Shown: positions 8,338 to 18,544 of the stretch, piece by piece
How positions within the stretch are numbered: the first letter of the stretch is position 1
Layout of the letters: each line of letters opens with the position of its first letter
IMG/VR virus record: IMGVR_UViG_3300045522_000058
Direction: 5' to 3' (one strand)
Length of the DNA stretch: 64,000 bases
DNA from: a virus
Notes under the pieces: generated by a model
Databases searched by the model: none
Seen by the model: the letters and a program-made list of their open reading frames with translations, nothing else
Told to the model about the DNA's origin: nothing
Made by a program: the position numbers and the translations under genes

Positions 8338-10209
8338 ATGGTTTTAAATCCCCTCACCGTTCTCAAGCAGTCATTTGGTTTTGATGGTTTTCGTCCTTTG
8401 CAGGGCGAAGTCGTAAGTCATGTTGTTGATGGCAATGATTCCTTGGTTCTGATGCCTACAGGTGGTGGGAAATCTATTTGTTATATGGTGCCATCCATTT
8501 GTCGCGATGGCGTCGGAATCATTGTTTCTCCATTGATCTCTCTAATGCAGGATCAGCTGGATTTTCTAGAGTTTCATGGAATTGAAGCTGCAACGCTTAA
8601 TTCGACGGTTCCGGCTACTGAACAAAAGGAAATCAAAGCTCGTCTAATCTCTGGCGATCTCGAACTTCTGTACGTGACACCTGAGCGTTTTTCCAATGCG
8701 CAGTTCCAGAAGCTTCTGGGTGAAATCGATATTGCACTGTTCGGTATCGATGAAGCGCACTGTGTGTCTCAGTGGGGTCATGATTTCCGTCCTGACTATC
8801 GAAACCTCGGTCTTCTCAAGCAGAAATTCCCGAATGTACCTGTTGTTGCGGTCACTGCTACAGCCGATCCTGAAACCGTTGAGGACATTCTGACGTCTAT
8901 CGACATTGCAGATGCTCAAGTTTTCAAGTCCAGCTTCGACCGCCCGAACATTTCGTACTCGATCAAGCCAAAGAGCAAAAAATCTAAAGCGCAGATCATC
9001 GACTTCCTGAATGCTCGTAAAGGCGAGAGCGGTATCGTTTATTGCATTGGCCGCAACACCGTTGAGAAGACCGCTCAGTGGCTAAAAGATGAAGGCTTCA
9101 CCACTCTCGCATATCATGCTGGTATGTCTGATGCTGATCGTTATGACAACCAACAGGCATTCATGGATGGCCAGGTGGACATTCTGGTCGCCACTGTCGC
9201 CTTCGGTATGGGTATCGACAAGTCAGACATCCGCTTCATTGTTCATCCTGATTTGTCGTCGAGCCTCGAAGCCTGGTATCAGGAAACAGGTCGAGCTGGC
9301 CGTGATGGTCAGAAAGCAGATACCCTGACGTTTTATAATGCGGGCGACATTTCCAAGCGCCGTCGCATGATCCATAAGGGCAACGGGTCTACATCGAATA
9401 AGCGTACAAATTATGCGAAACTCGATGCCATGCTTGGTGTGTGCGAGACAGTATCGTGTCGCCGTAAGGCCGTCCTGAATTATTTCGGTGAGACCTATGC
9501 TGGTTCGTGCGGCAACTGCGATATCTGCGTGACGCCTGTTCAGACGCGTGACGGCTCGGCCGAGGCCAAGGCTGTCATCAAGCTGTTGAATGAAGTTGGC
9601 GAGCGTTACGACGCTTACGACATCGTTTCGTTTGCCTGCACCTCGACCTCGAAGATCAAGGACGCGAGCGTCGCCATCCGTAACGAGTTCAACGCGGTCG
9701 ATGCCAAGGACCACGAATGGTCTTCGTATGTCCGTCAAATGCTGTCGTCGGGCCTTCTGCAAGTTAATCTGTCCAACTACGGCTACATCAGCGTGACTGA
9801 AGCTGGCCAGGCAGTTCTCAATGGTGCTGCATTCGAACTGAATGCCGAGAAGGTTCAGATTGAGACTTCCGTAAAAAAAGTGGGTAGTAAGCCGTCAGCT
9901 CGTGCGGCCACGTCGCGCACACCTCGCAAGCCCCGTGAAGACGGTGACTACGTGTCGTCCGGTTCAAGCCGTCGCAAGTCGTCGAAGGGGTCACCACTTC
10001 TGGAAGCTCTTCGTCGGGAACGTAACCGTATCGCTCGTCAGCTGGGCCTGAAGAAGTATTACGTTATTCACGACAGCGCCCTCAAGGAAATGTCCGAACA
10101 GCGTCCGCGCAATGGCTCAGAGATGATGTTAATCAAGGGTGTCGGGCAGGCAAAGCTCGACAGATTTGGCACCGAGTTCCTGAGCGTGATCAAGCGCTAC
10201 GCGGCGTAA
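8338..10209 (+). CDS. recQ: RecQ family ATP-dependent DNA helicase (helicase, RQC, HRDC)
   Basis: [42 protein letters not shown], Zn-binding CRR..CGNCDIC and C-terminal HRDC; start after AAAGGA. Confidence 0.95.
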   Translation: MVLNPLTVLKQSFGFDGFRPLQGEVVSHVVDGNDSLVLMPTGGGKSICYMVPSICRDGVGIIVSPLISLMQDQLDFLEFHGIEAATLNSTVPATEQKEIKARLISGDLELLYVTPERFSNAQFQKLLGEIDIALFGIDEAHCVSQWGHDFRPDYRNLGLLKQKFPNVPVVAVTATADPETVEDILTSIDIADAQVFKSSFDRPNISYSIKPKSKKSKAQIIDFLNARKGESGIVYCIGRNTVEKTAQWLKDEGFTTLAYHAGMSDADRYDNQQAFMDGQVDILVATVAFGMGIDKSDIRFIVHPDLSSSLEAWYQETGRAGRDGQKADTLTFYNAGDISKRRRMIHKGNGSTSNKRTNYAKLDAMLGVCETVSCRRKAVLNYFGETYAGSCGNCDICVTPVQTRDGSAEAKAVIKLLNEVGERYDAYDIVSFACTSTSKIKDASVAIRNEFNAVDAKDHEWSSYVRQMLSSGLLQVNLSNYGYISVTEAGQAVLNGAAFELNAEKVQIETSVKKVGSKPSARAATSRTPRKPREDGDYVSSGSSRRKSSKGSPLLEALRRERNRIARQLGLKKYYVIHDSALKEMSEQRPRNGSEMMLIKGVGQAKLDRFGTEFLSVIKRYAA

Positions 10210-10407
10210 GAGTTGCGTAACGACAGTAATGAAATTATGGGATGCGCGACAGCTTAGGTCACATCTCGCAAGGTTTATGGTGATTCAACCCAGGATCAAG
10301 AACTATATGAATTGCGCTCTGTTATAGATTTTAAACCGAAAACTTGTTGACAGTATCGGTTGTAAAAGGTGAAATGTTAATTAAGACAAAAAGCAGGTGT
10401 AGCGATT

Positions 10408-10629
10408 ATGGATGATAATTTAATAGATAATAGAAGCCCATATCTTTGGGATAATATAATGTACTATTCGGCCACAAATGCCCTTATTTGTTTTCTCAAT
10501 GGCATTTTGATCTTTGTTTTTACCGACAAGGGAATATGGACTGGCATACCGCTCAAGTTTGCAATTGCTTGCTGGGTGCTTCACGTAGCGATTTCGCTTC
10601 ACTGGATTATACGGCTTAAAAGAAGATAG
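10408..10629 (+). CDS. Small membrane protein (73 aa)
   Basis: Two hydrophobic segments; GCAGG upstream. Confidence 0.55.
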   Translation: MDDNLIDNRSPYLWDNIMYYSATNALICFLNGILIFVFTDKGIWTGIPLKFAIACWVLHVAISLHWIIRLKRR

Positions 10630-10655
10630 GTGAAGTATTCAAAGGTTGGTAAGTG

Positions 10656-10693
10656 AAATGCAGACGGATATCACTTGGTGGCCGCCTGCATTT
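10656..10693. terminator. Hairpin between convergent genes
   Basis: AAATGCAGACGG ... CCGCCTGCATTT. Confidence 0.5.
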
Positions 10694-10733
10694 AGTTCAA
10701 CTGATATCGAACATTTGTAAGATATCACGAAAT

Positions 10734-11579
10734 TTACATCCGTGGCGTCGCATATGATGTGTCTTCATCGTTGTTTTCCGACGTCATTAGGCTGCCAACC
10801 CTGAATTCTTCTCTGTATGCGAGCTTGGCGCTATCGATCCCGGTCCATGCGTTTTGCCACGATAGGTTCTGACGTCCTTCAACCTTCCGGTGTTCAAATA
10901 TCGACTGAAATGGGCGACACAATTCGTCTCGAAGGATAATAGTGCCTCCATCGGGACCAAGCCATTTTACAAATGAGTTTGTGAATTCAGGATCGTTACC
11001 CTTTAGAGCGCGACTAAGGATAGTGTTGAATAGTTGCAGCTGATCAGGTTGTTTTAGGCGAAGTCGGACAAATGCTATCGCGAATTTCACATCTTCCGAA
11101 TTGATATCGGCATCCTGATCGACCTGCTTCGGGACGTGGGCATGTAGTGTCCTCGGGATTTCCATATTGGCGCTTTCGTAAACTTCTTCCTTGGTTAAGG
11201 TTAAACCATCTCTCGGGATGTAAATGTCACCTTTAAAGTCGACGGTCACCTTCATGACGAATGCAGTTGGCTCCCATGTTTCCAGTTGTGCTAGAGCATC
11301 GTTGCTGAGATCACTGAGATAATCGGAATGGTCTCGACAAATCACGCCACGGGCTTCCAATTCGGTTGGCTTGATGAAGCTACTATAGGCCTCGTGAAAG
11401 CTGGAGGCATTGCCGACAGGAGACAGATATGGAACCGGAAATTCATTGCCGATATCCTGAAGCATCATAAAGCCTTCAAAAAGCACTGGGAGAGTCATGT
11501 TACGCCTTTGATTAATTTCATTGGATGAAATTGACTGCATTTGTGGCAAGATACAATTGCGATAGCTCACTTTGCGCAT
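10734..11579 (-). CDS. Hypothetical protein
   Basis: 281-aa ORF; real start probably MTLPV (~11498). Confidence 0.65.
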   Translation of the reverse strand: MRKVSYRNCILPQMQSISSNEINQRRNMTLPVLFEGFMMLQDIGNEFPVPYLSPVGNASSFHEAYSSFIKPTELEARGVICRDHSDYLSDLSNDALAQLETWEPTAFVMKVTVDFKGDIYIPRDGLTLTKEEVYESANMEIPRTLHAHVPKQVDQDADINSEDVKFAIAFVRLRLKQPDQLQLFNTILSRALKGNDPEFTNSFVKWLGPDGGTIILRDELCRPFQSIFEHRKVEGRQNLSWQNAWTGIDSAKLAYREEFRVGSLMTSENNDEDTSYATPRM

Positions 11580-11706
11580 GTGAACGGATCGCGGGTGGTG
11601 GCAAAGGTCATATTCCTACTCTTATTTATATACTTAGACATTATTGACGACGATTGTTTATTCAATGACCATATTTGTATTCCTTAACGCCAATCAGGTA
11701 GCAAAT

Positions 11707-12213
11707 ATGCATCCAATCATTTTTGAACTTTCCTTTCAGGCAGCTATCGTTGTTTGCAACAGAGGTCGCGTATGGGAAGCAGCAGAAACTGTCGGACATC
11801 TAAAAAACGATGATCTAGATGCATTACAGAAATCTCGATTATCAGAATTTGAAGAGGTGCTGAATCCCCTTATTGCTATTGAAGACGAGTTCGGCAGAGG
11901 TGCTTGTCTTAACCTGAAGATGGAGAAAGAAATGAATTTCTTAAAGACTATTATGTACGAGTATGATCCTCCTCTGTATTCACCCGAACATTTTCGCAAT
12001 GCTGAAAGATACAGGAAAATTAGTGGCGACAACTGGGTATGGACGGAATGGGCAGCGCCTGGATATGAGAACCATAACCCCTACATAGATCAGACGAGTG
12101 CAACGGTTGAAAAAATGTACAGTCTGAACCTAGGTATCAATGATGAAGGTGCGAAAGTCGAGTTTCGAATGGAAAACGACAACCATGAAACTCGACGTCG
12201 CAGTCTTCACTAA
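11707..12213 (+). CDS. Hypothetical protein
   Basis: ORF 11644-12213; CAGG upstream of ATG 11707. Confidence 0.6.
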   Translation: MHPIIFELSFQAAIVVCNRGRVWEAAETVGHLKNDDLDALQKSRLSEFEEVLNPLIAIEDEFGRGACLNLKMEKEMNFLKTIMYEYDPPLYSPEHFRNAERYRKISGDNWVWTEWAAPGYENHNPYIDQTSATVEKMYSLNLGINDEGAKVEFRMENDNHETRRRSLH

Positions 12214-12293
12214 TTTAATTTCGCCATATTTGATATTTCATCAATTTGGATGCTTCAGCGAACAACTCGCGATGTCCGCCTTTTTGCTTTTTA

Positions 12294-12671
12294 TTAGCGT
12301 TTGTTGTCGAAGGAAAACTTGCCTGCGCCAGTGGTTACGAGCAACAGGAAGACGAAGCTAAACAGGATGGACGCATCACCGCCATTGGCAACCGGATAGA
12401 AGCTCTGAGGTGCATGTGCGATGAAATAAGCGAAGGCCATATGGCCGGATAAAATAAAAGCGACAGGACGTGTGAAAAGGCCAACGACCAATAGTACTCC
12501 GCCTGCGACTTCGAGAATAGCTGAAATCAGTGAGAGAGTTGATAGTGTATCAGGGCCAGCAACGGGAAAGCCGAATAGTTTTTGCGAACCGTGAGCAAAA
12601 AAGAGAAGCGCTGTCATAATTCGCAGAACGGCAATTGCGTAAGGCTGAAATGAATTTAGTTTTTCTGTCAT
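12294..12671 (-). CDS. DoxX family membrane protein
   Basis: LRIMTALLFFAHGSQKLFG, EVAGGVLLVVGLFTRPVAF, NGGDASILF, GAGKFSFD. Confidence 0.9.
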   Translation of the reverse strand: MTEKLNSFQPYAIAVLRIMTALLFFAHGSQKLFGFPVAGPDTLSTLSLISAILEVAGGVLLVVGLFTRPVAFILSGHMAFAYFIAHAPQSFYPVANGGDASILFSFVFLLLVTTGAGKFSFDNKR

Positions 12672-12816
12672 TAATAGCTCCTTGCATTGATGATGAAACA
12701 TCATTCATCGAAATTATTATCGAAAACAATCAACAAAAACGTGATTTCCGAGGTGACAAACTGTCAATAAATTGATAACGGGATAAATAAATCGGTAGAT
12801 TTAATTCGAACCGATA

Positions 12817-13011
12817 ATGGAGAATTCAATGTCACATCTGCTCGACGATTATCAGATCAGAAAGCTGGAGCGCAAAAAGCGTTTCGAGGCCGAGTATGGT
12901 CGCAAGCTGGTGACGTGCACTGCGTGCATTGGTTCCGGCCGTTACGACCACAATGGCACACCGCCATGCGGTAGCTGTAACGGCATTGGAAAGGTGCGAG
13001 AGCGCGACTAA
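12817..13011 (+). CDS. Small DnaJ-type zinc-finger protein
   Basis: CTACIGSG and CGSCNGIG (CxxCxGxG twice). Confidence 0.65.
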   Translation: MENSMSHLLDDYQIRKLERKKRFEAEYGRKLVTCTACIGSGRYDHNGTPPCGSCNGIGKVRERD

Positions 13012-13199
13012 TCGGGGTTTTTGAGTTGCCTAGAGTGTGACCAGATATCGAAAAATCCCGCATATTCCGCAGCAACAGAAGGATATTTTGTCAGGTGGAT
13101 GCCTAGTGCGTTATTAGGATATTTGCCTCGCAGGATGAACCGCTCATCGAATGCGTCGAACGCGTGAGCGGTGCCGTTAAAGAGTGTGATTTTTGGCAT
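13008..13199 (-). pseudogene. Short ADP-ribosyltransferase-like fragment
   Basis: LFNGT..FDAF..LGIHLTKYPSVAAEYA resembles the H-G-T / G-x-Y-F-T..A..YA ART pattern; only 63 aa. Confidence 0.35.
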
Positions 13200-13300
13200 C
13201 GATAATATTCAAGGTGACGCTTCTGAGGATATTTAATGCGATAGCAATAATCCAATCTAATATGTCGCGAAATTATTTTCTCATTTATTATCTAAATATA

Positions 13301-13329
13301 TTGACGACTATTTATGAAGCCTATATAAA
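13301..13329 (+). promoter_or_regulatory. Sigma70-type promoter
   Basis: TTGACG-N17-TATAAA. Confidence 0.75.
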
Positions 13330-13335
13330 AACATC

Positions 13336-13435
13336 AACGGCCATGGGTGTGGTTCCTTCTATTCACATTGAAAACGAAACACCGTTCCCGCTTTCCGTTG
13401 CTCTAATGATTGTGGCACTTTCGAGTGCCATTTTT
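13336..13435 (+). ncRNA. Motif RNA unit A (leader/sRNA upstream of TROVE-like/TerD gene)
   Basis: GGCCATGGGTGTGGTTCCTTCT at 13339-13360, then A-rich and C/U-rich tracts, then a TGGCACT-TTCG-AGTGCCA hairpin with TTTTT. Confidence 0.6.
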
Positions 13436-13471
13436 CATTTCGCGCGGTCGGCCTGTAAAAAGGAGCGATAA

Positions 13472-15625
13472 ATGAAAAAGACCAATCAAGCCATCAAGAT
13501 GAGTGACGCAATCCTGCTTCTGCAGAATGGTTTCATCGACGTACCCGAAGGCGCTCCGCGCTCGGGCAATGAAATCGCAATTGGCACCATTGTCTCCAAT
13601 ATGGCTTATTTTGGTTTTGTTCCTTCTAAGGCAATCGTTGATGCAATGTCTGCTCTAACAGATGTTGATCTCGTTGAACTCTGGGCTAAGCTCAAGCCAG
13701 CTTTCAAATACGTCACCGCTGCCGACCGTAAGATGGGAAAGTTCGTCGTCTACAAGAATTTCCCCAAGGAAGTTCTTTCAATGAGCGAAGGCGAATATTG
13801 GCTAAAGCAGATTTTAATGTACTGGGGCTTGCCGAACGAACTCTTCACCGAAGAAAAAGAGCCTCGCGAGCCTATCTACGAAAAGATTTCACCAAAGGTC
13901 CTCGATCTGGCGGACGACGAGACACGCCTCAATATTTTCAACAAGCTCACCAAGCAGTCGTCTGACTGGACCGATTTCCAGAAGGAACAGGCAGGATTCT
14001 TGATGAAGTCCTATCCGTCAGCGATTATCGATCTTGATGCTTTCACGCAGAAGACGAATGGCATAAAACTGATTGCCTCGGCGTGGTCGGCCGTCCTGAA
14101 TGGCGAACGCTCGGTCAAGGTTTCGACCGCGACTGACGTCATGCGTCTTGCCGCAGCCCTGTCGGATATCGATGTGTCGCTGCGCACAGTCAGCAAGTTC
14201 CGCAAGTTCTCGCGTTCTGAACGCCGTCTTCTGGTCTCGCTTCTTGATGGGGCGTCCAACCTCGAAGGGGACTTCGCGCTACGCGCCGAACGTTGGAAGC
14301 GTCTGTTGTCGTTCATTCGTCCAGGTGAGTTCAAATTCGACAAGGTTAAGGCTGCTTATGATCGGCTCTACAAGGGTGAGCTTAAGACCGTGGCTACAGC
14401 CATCGAAGTTGGCTTGCTGAATAAGGATGTCGCTGTTCTTAAGGTTCTTAAGACGCGTCCTGGCGAGTTTATGCGCCGTCTGCACAAGACCTACGCTATC
14501 TTTGGTCGTGCGGCGCTGGAAATGTTTGTTTCGGTGATTGGTAATTTATCAGTTTCACAGCTTGTCAAACTAGACGGCTATCTGTCGTCAGTTAACTCCC
14601 GTAAGACGTACATCGTGACACCTTCTGGATCATGGGCGAAGGCTCAGGTCATCGACAATAAAAAGGCTCATGTCGCTCAGGAAGACTTATCGTTCATCCG
14701 TAGCGCTATCTCGGCCGAGATTGGTAGGCGTCTCAAGGGCCTCCATCCTGACGGTTTCGCAGTGGCCGCTGATACACTGAACGTGAAGCTGCAGGGGAAC
14801 GGTCAGGAGCTGGCTCCGTATGGTCGTGGCACGGTCTTCGACATTCCGCAGGGCGTTACCTTCATGCGTACGGCAAGCTATTGGCAAAACGACCGGAAGT
14901 ATGGTCACGTCTGGTTCGATAATGGCTTTAATTTCTTCGGCCATGACTGGTCACCGAAGGGATCGGTCTGCTGGAATTCTGTTAATCCTTTCGGTGATGG
15001 AAGGCATTGGGGAAGTAAAAATCCACAGAATCCAGGTTGTGTATTTTCTGGTGATCCGACAAACGCCAAGGAGCTGAAAGGTCGTGCTTGCCAGATGATA
15101 GACCTATACCCGCAGGAATTGATCGAAAAAGGCGTCCGATACGCAGTCTGGAACATTTTGGCTTACAGCAACATCATGTTCTCGGACGCAAAAGATGTCG
15201 TTGCCTCGCTGCAATGGGGGGAAGATGCCGAGACTGGCGCAATCTATGAGCCGTCGCGCGCTCAGATGGTGTTCCCAATCACAGGCAAGGCTCTGACCAA
15301 GTTCGTCGCCTATATCGATCTGATCGAGCGCAAACTGGTGTATCTTGACATCGGCTTGAGTGGTTCCGTTCAATCCGCTCGCGACAATGAGAAAAGATTG
15401 TCCAGGATGATGCCTTCCATCGTGGAGCATCTGGACACGCTGCCGTCGATTGCAGAACTCTTTGGCCATGCGGTCAACGACAAGGGAATTCCAGTTGTCT
15501 CAAATGACGAAGGTCTGGAGATCAATGGTCCGGCATACGTGTTCAAGCGGCTCAATGCTGACAACAATGTCGAGCAGATCGACATCGAGGAAATTCTGAA
15601 GGCAAAATCATCAACGACAGCATGA
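13472..15625 (+). CDS. TROVE-like repeat + TerD-domain protein (Prok-RING_4-type family, RING absent), 717 aa
   Basis: ATDVMRLAAALS, RWKRLL, RPGEFMRRL, PYGRGT, SGDPT..CQMIDL (TerD-like); clear paralogue of 34745-36925. Confidence 0.8.
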   Translation: MKKTNQAIKMSDAILLLQNGFIDVPEGAPRSGNEIAIGTIVSNMAYFGFVPSKAIVDAMSALTDVDLVELWAKLKPAFKYVTAADRKMGKFVVYKNFPKEVLSMSEGEYWLKQILMYWGLPNELFTEEKEPREPIYEKISPKVLDLADDETRLNIFNKLTKQSSDWTDFQKEQAGFLMKSYPSAIIDLDAFTQKTNGIKLIASAWSAVLNGERSVKVSTATDVMRLAAALSDIDVSLRTVSKFRKFSRSERRLLVSLLDGASNLEGDFALRAERWKRLLSFIRPGEFKFDKVKAAYDRLYKGELKTVATAIEVGLLNKDVAVLKVLKTRPGEFMRRLHKTYAIFGRAALEMFVSVIGNLSVSQLVKLDGYLSSVNSRKTYIVTPSGSWAKAQVIDNKKAHVAQEDLSFIRSAISAEIGRRLKGLHPDGFAVAADTLNVKLQGNGQELAPYGRGTVFDIPQGVTFMRTASYWQNDRKYGHVWFDNGFNFFGHDWSPKGSVCWNSVNPFGDGRHWGSKNPQNPGCVFSGDPTNAKELKGRACQMIDLYPQELIEKGVRYAVWNILAYSNIMFSDAKDVVASLQWGEDAETGAIYEPSRAQMVFPITGKALTKFVAYIDLIERKLVYLDIGLSGSVQSARDNEKRLSRMMPSIVEHLDTLPSIAELFGHAVNDKGIPVVSNDEGLEINGPAYVFKRLNADNNVEQIDIEEILKAKSSTTA

Positions 15626-15684
15626 CATTTACTGGTTTTTTGATTCGTGTGGTTGACCACTAAAAATAAAAGCCAGTATTATTT

Positions 15685-15825
15685 GGCCTAGAGGAGTGCT
15701 TATCGACTGGGAGGTACTCTCACCGTCGCATGTGCGATCCGGTTGGTATAGCGGATAAAACGATAGTTTGAAGAGTTGTCGGGATCCCGAGGGAGGTAGT
15801 TTGAGAATACCTCCCTCGAAGTTTA
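15685..15825 (+). ncRNA. Candidate structured RNA / long 5' leader
   Basis: Downstream of TTGACC..TATTAT; four consecutive hairpins including CGAGGGAGGTA/TACCTCCCTCG; no ORF. Confidence 0.4.
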
Positions 15826-15947
15826 TAAATATCCGTTCAATGGCATGACGTTATCTGCAGGGGAAATCTCTTTGATGCTGTTCTAGCTTGCAATTCTGCA
15901 GGTTATCTTGGTGATCAGAATTAGGTTGTCGCCATCAGGAGAAAATT

Positions 15948-16583
15948 ATGGCCTTTGAAAAAATAAACACAAACGTTGCATTGGCGACGAATGCAGTATT
16001 GGCAAAAGATATCGATGTTTTGAAGACAATGGGAAATCGTAAAAGCGATGAAAATCCTATTCGTGTTCATCAAGGCAAAGATGGTGATTTGATCGTAGCG
16101 ATAGGTGGATTTGCGGTCGAAAACGAGACGCCAGGAAGCCGATTTGGGATTTCGGCAGAACTGGTCAGCATAATGACGAAGGCCGCCGAAGACGGGTCTT
16201 TCTATCTGGAAATCAGCAAGGACGGGCCTGCGGTGCCAACTACGAAGCCTTTTGTTGACCTCTCTACGGGACATTTAAGGCTTATGGATTACCATATTCT
16301 GGAGGATTTGACTGGCTCTAACGTCCCTGCCCCTCTGAAAGTATATGGTCATGGATATGGTTGGATAATTGATGTTAAGTCGGCTGGAACTGATGACGAA
16401 CTAAAAGAAGCAGGTCTCTCTGACGGTATAATATCCATAATTAAATCTGCTCGTGAAGCAGGTGCGGATATTCTTGATTTTGATAGAGACGCCGATCTCG
16501 ATCCCGGTTTTCCTGAGTTCGACGCGGTGACAGATGAACTAGTGAAGCCAGAAGAAGACGCTCCAAGTGTACCTGGGATGTAA
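15948..16583 (+). CDS. Hypothetical protein (211 aa)
   Basis: AGGAG SD; C-terminal DLSTGHL..GYGW..DFDRD module. Confidence 0.75.
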   Translation: MAFEKINTNVALATNAVLAKDIDVLKTMGNRKSDENPIRVHQGKDGDLIVAIGGFAVENETPGSRFGISAELVSIMTKAAEDGSFYLEISKDGPAVPTTKPFVDLSTGHLRLMDYHILEDLTGSNVPAPLKVYGHGYGWIIDVKSAGTDDELKEAGLSDGIISIIKSAREAGADILDFDRDADLDPGFPEFDAVTDELVKPEEDAPSVPGM

Positions 16584-16654
16584 ATAAGGTGGCGGTCTTA
16601 AGATTTAATGCCATTATATAGTGAAGTTTAAGCCGAGACTGACGTTTCGGCTTT

Positions 16655-17083
16655 TTACCTGAGCATTGCACTTGGTTTAAATTCATCATTCAATGTGCAA
16701 TGCCTCCCAAAGATAGCCTTGATCGCCGCCCTGCCCGTCACAACGGTTGCTGCACTGCGGTGCCAGCCGTCCCATATCGAATAGATGCCATCATCTTTCT
16801 GGACGATGATTATAGGCTCCTGAATATCCTCGACTGCTAGACAGGACCATCGCATTTCGTCATCGAGGTCGTTTTTTGCGATATCGAGTTCCTCAAGCCA
16901 GAATTCGTCCCATTTTTCGCGGGACATGATCTTTAAAAGAGCTTCGACAGATAAATCTATTTCGGACCACTCAAAGTCCTCAATAGGAATCTGTTCATCG
17001 TTACAGTCGCCCATAATGCGGGCATGTTCCATCATTTGAATTCGATCCATCGCCATTATTAAATTTCCTGTTACGCTGATCAC
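16655..17083 (-). CDS. ParB/Srx-like domain protein
   Basis: EPIIIV..YSIWDGWHRSAA (DGxHR motif). Confidence 0.65.
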   Translation of the reverse strand: MISVTGNLIMAMDRIQMMEHARIMGDCNDEQIPIEDFEWSEIDLSVEALLKIMSREKWDEFWLEELDIAKNDLDDEMRWSCLAVEDIQEPIIIVQKDDGIYSIWDGWHRSAATVVTGRAAIKAIFGRHCTLNDEFKPSAMLR

Positions 17084-17114
17084 ATAATAATCGTGTCACT
17101 AGCAAACTGAAACC

Positions 17115-17543
17115 TTGATAAATGCTTTTGAAATCGTGAAACTAGATACGAAAAACTGGAGCATAAAAATGAAGGCAACCGACTTACGCCAACTTACATT
17201 ATCAATTGTCAAAGGTGAGAAAACTGAAGTATCGCAACGTGAACAGAATGTGTCCGCTGCATTTATTAAAGAACTAGTTTCAGGGTCGGCGGATCTTCAT
17301 GATGCAATATATGCAGATTCTGATGTGTCTATGATTATCAAGGAAGTGGAGGGAAATATTTATGTTCTTACTACGGACGGTAAAACATTTGCTCCATTTG
17401 ATGATAGTTTAGGAGAACCAAAAATCGGTTGCGATAACTATTATCTCAATGAAGAAATTGACAGTATTGGTGAAATTTATGCGCGTGTTGTGACGATTGC
17501 CGAGGCATTGGCATGCGAACCAGCAGCATCTCCTGCACTATAA
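17115..17543 (+). CDS. Hypothetical protein
   Basis: ORF; probable start MKATD (~17169). Confidence 0.6.
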   Translation: MINAFEIVKLDTKNWSIKMKATDLRQLTLSIVKGEKTEVSQREQNVSAAFIKELVSGSADLHDAIYADSDVSMIIKEVEGNIYVLTTDGKTFAPFDDSLGEPKIGCDNYYLNEEIDSIGEIYARVVTIAEALACEPAASPAL

Positions 17544-17774
17544 TTATTTTATTGCGAAATATGATTTGTCGTACATAATTCAAGGAGCTGTTTCATTCGA
17601 AATAGGCTCCTTTTTATTAGGAGGGATTATGCTGCGAAAGTATGAAAATAATACGATTTATTTTTACAAAAAGCCCTTTAAGCGTGGAGTGGATGACGTC
17701 TATACGCTTGCTCCTTTGAGGTCTGCTATAAAAACTCTGATCGCGAAAATTTTCTCTCCAAAGGATACTCATAA

Positions 17775-18134
17775 ATGAAGATTAATGATCTCTACATTGC
17801 TTCTGATCGAATACTGAAAGGTATTAGAATTGAAAATGATTTTGCATATGCTGAAGAGCCGATGATGCGTTCACTAGCAAGCGCGTTTCTACTATCATCG
17901 CTTGCCCATCCTGAGGAAGTCTCCGAAGCTCTTCAAAATAACAGCGATGTTTATATTTTAGCGCAAGAAAGCGCCGAAGGAATGAGGTTTGTCAACCGGA
18001 CCTATCTTGTTCCTTCAAAACAGCTTTTAGAAGGCGTCGCACTTTTCTATTCACGAGCTGATGCTGAAAAAGCGTATTCTGCACAAGGGCACAATGTCAG
18101 CGTTTTGACCGTCGAACAGGCACGCGAGATTTAA
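17775..18134 (+). CDS. Hypothetical protein
   Basis: ORF with AAGGA upstream; tightly followed by the next ORF. Confidence 0.6.
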   Translation: MKINDLYIASDRILKGIRIENDFAYAEEPMMRSLASAFLLSSLAHPEEVSEALQNNSDVYILAQESAEGMRFVNRTYLVPSKQLLEGVALFYSRADAEKAYSAQGHNVSVLTVEQAREI

Positions 18135-18135
18135 A

Positions 18136-18492
18136 ATGTCTGAGATCGATCAAAAATGTGAGAAAATTGATCACTTAAACGACTTGATTGCGTTCGAGGG
18201 AAAAGATGTAACGATCTTACTAAGGTTTGATAAGTCGGTTCGAATGGCGACAGTCAGTGTTGATGACGTCGTTGTTATGACCGGGAACTTTGATGACTTT
18301 TATCCTGGCTGTCATGGCGGATGGCATTACGATTTAGCCAACGAAACTTTCGGCTATCTAACTCCAAGAGGTATGGCTAAAGCGCTTCAAGCAGCGTTGA
18401 TCTCTCGTGGAGCAATGTCTGTCGTAGTTGAAGAATTAGAATACGATTGGAACAAGTATAGCTCCGCGAAGCCGTATCAGAAGAGTCAATGA
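18136..18492 (+). CDS. Hypothetical protein
   Basis: Starts 1 nt after the previous stop; DFYPGCHG motif. Confidence 0.6.
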   Translation: MSEIDQKCEKIDHLNDLIAFEGKDVTILLRFDKSVRMATVSVDDVVVMTGNFDDFYPGCHGGWHYDLANETFGYLTPRGMAKALQAALISRGAMSVVVEELEYDWNKYSSAKPYQKSQ

Positions 18493-18544
18493 TGGCTTCA
18501 TAAAAGGCTACGATTTCGTAGCCTTTTAATATTAGTCCATCTAG

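Noticed and set aside
13193-13471. 92-aa ORF upstream of the TerD/TROVE-like gene
   Set aside because: Spans a consensus promoter and the leader RNA, with no SD; likely spurious.
15749-15761. Twister ribozyme (GGAUAAAA resemblance)
   Set aside because: The other twister core elements and pseudoknots were not found here or in the tmRNA IVS.
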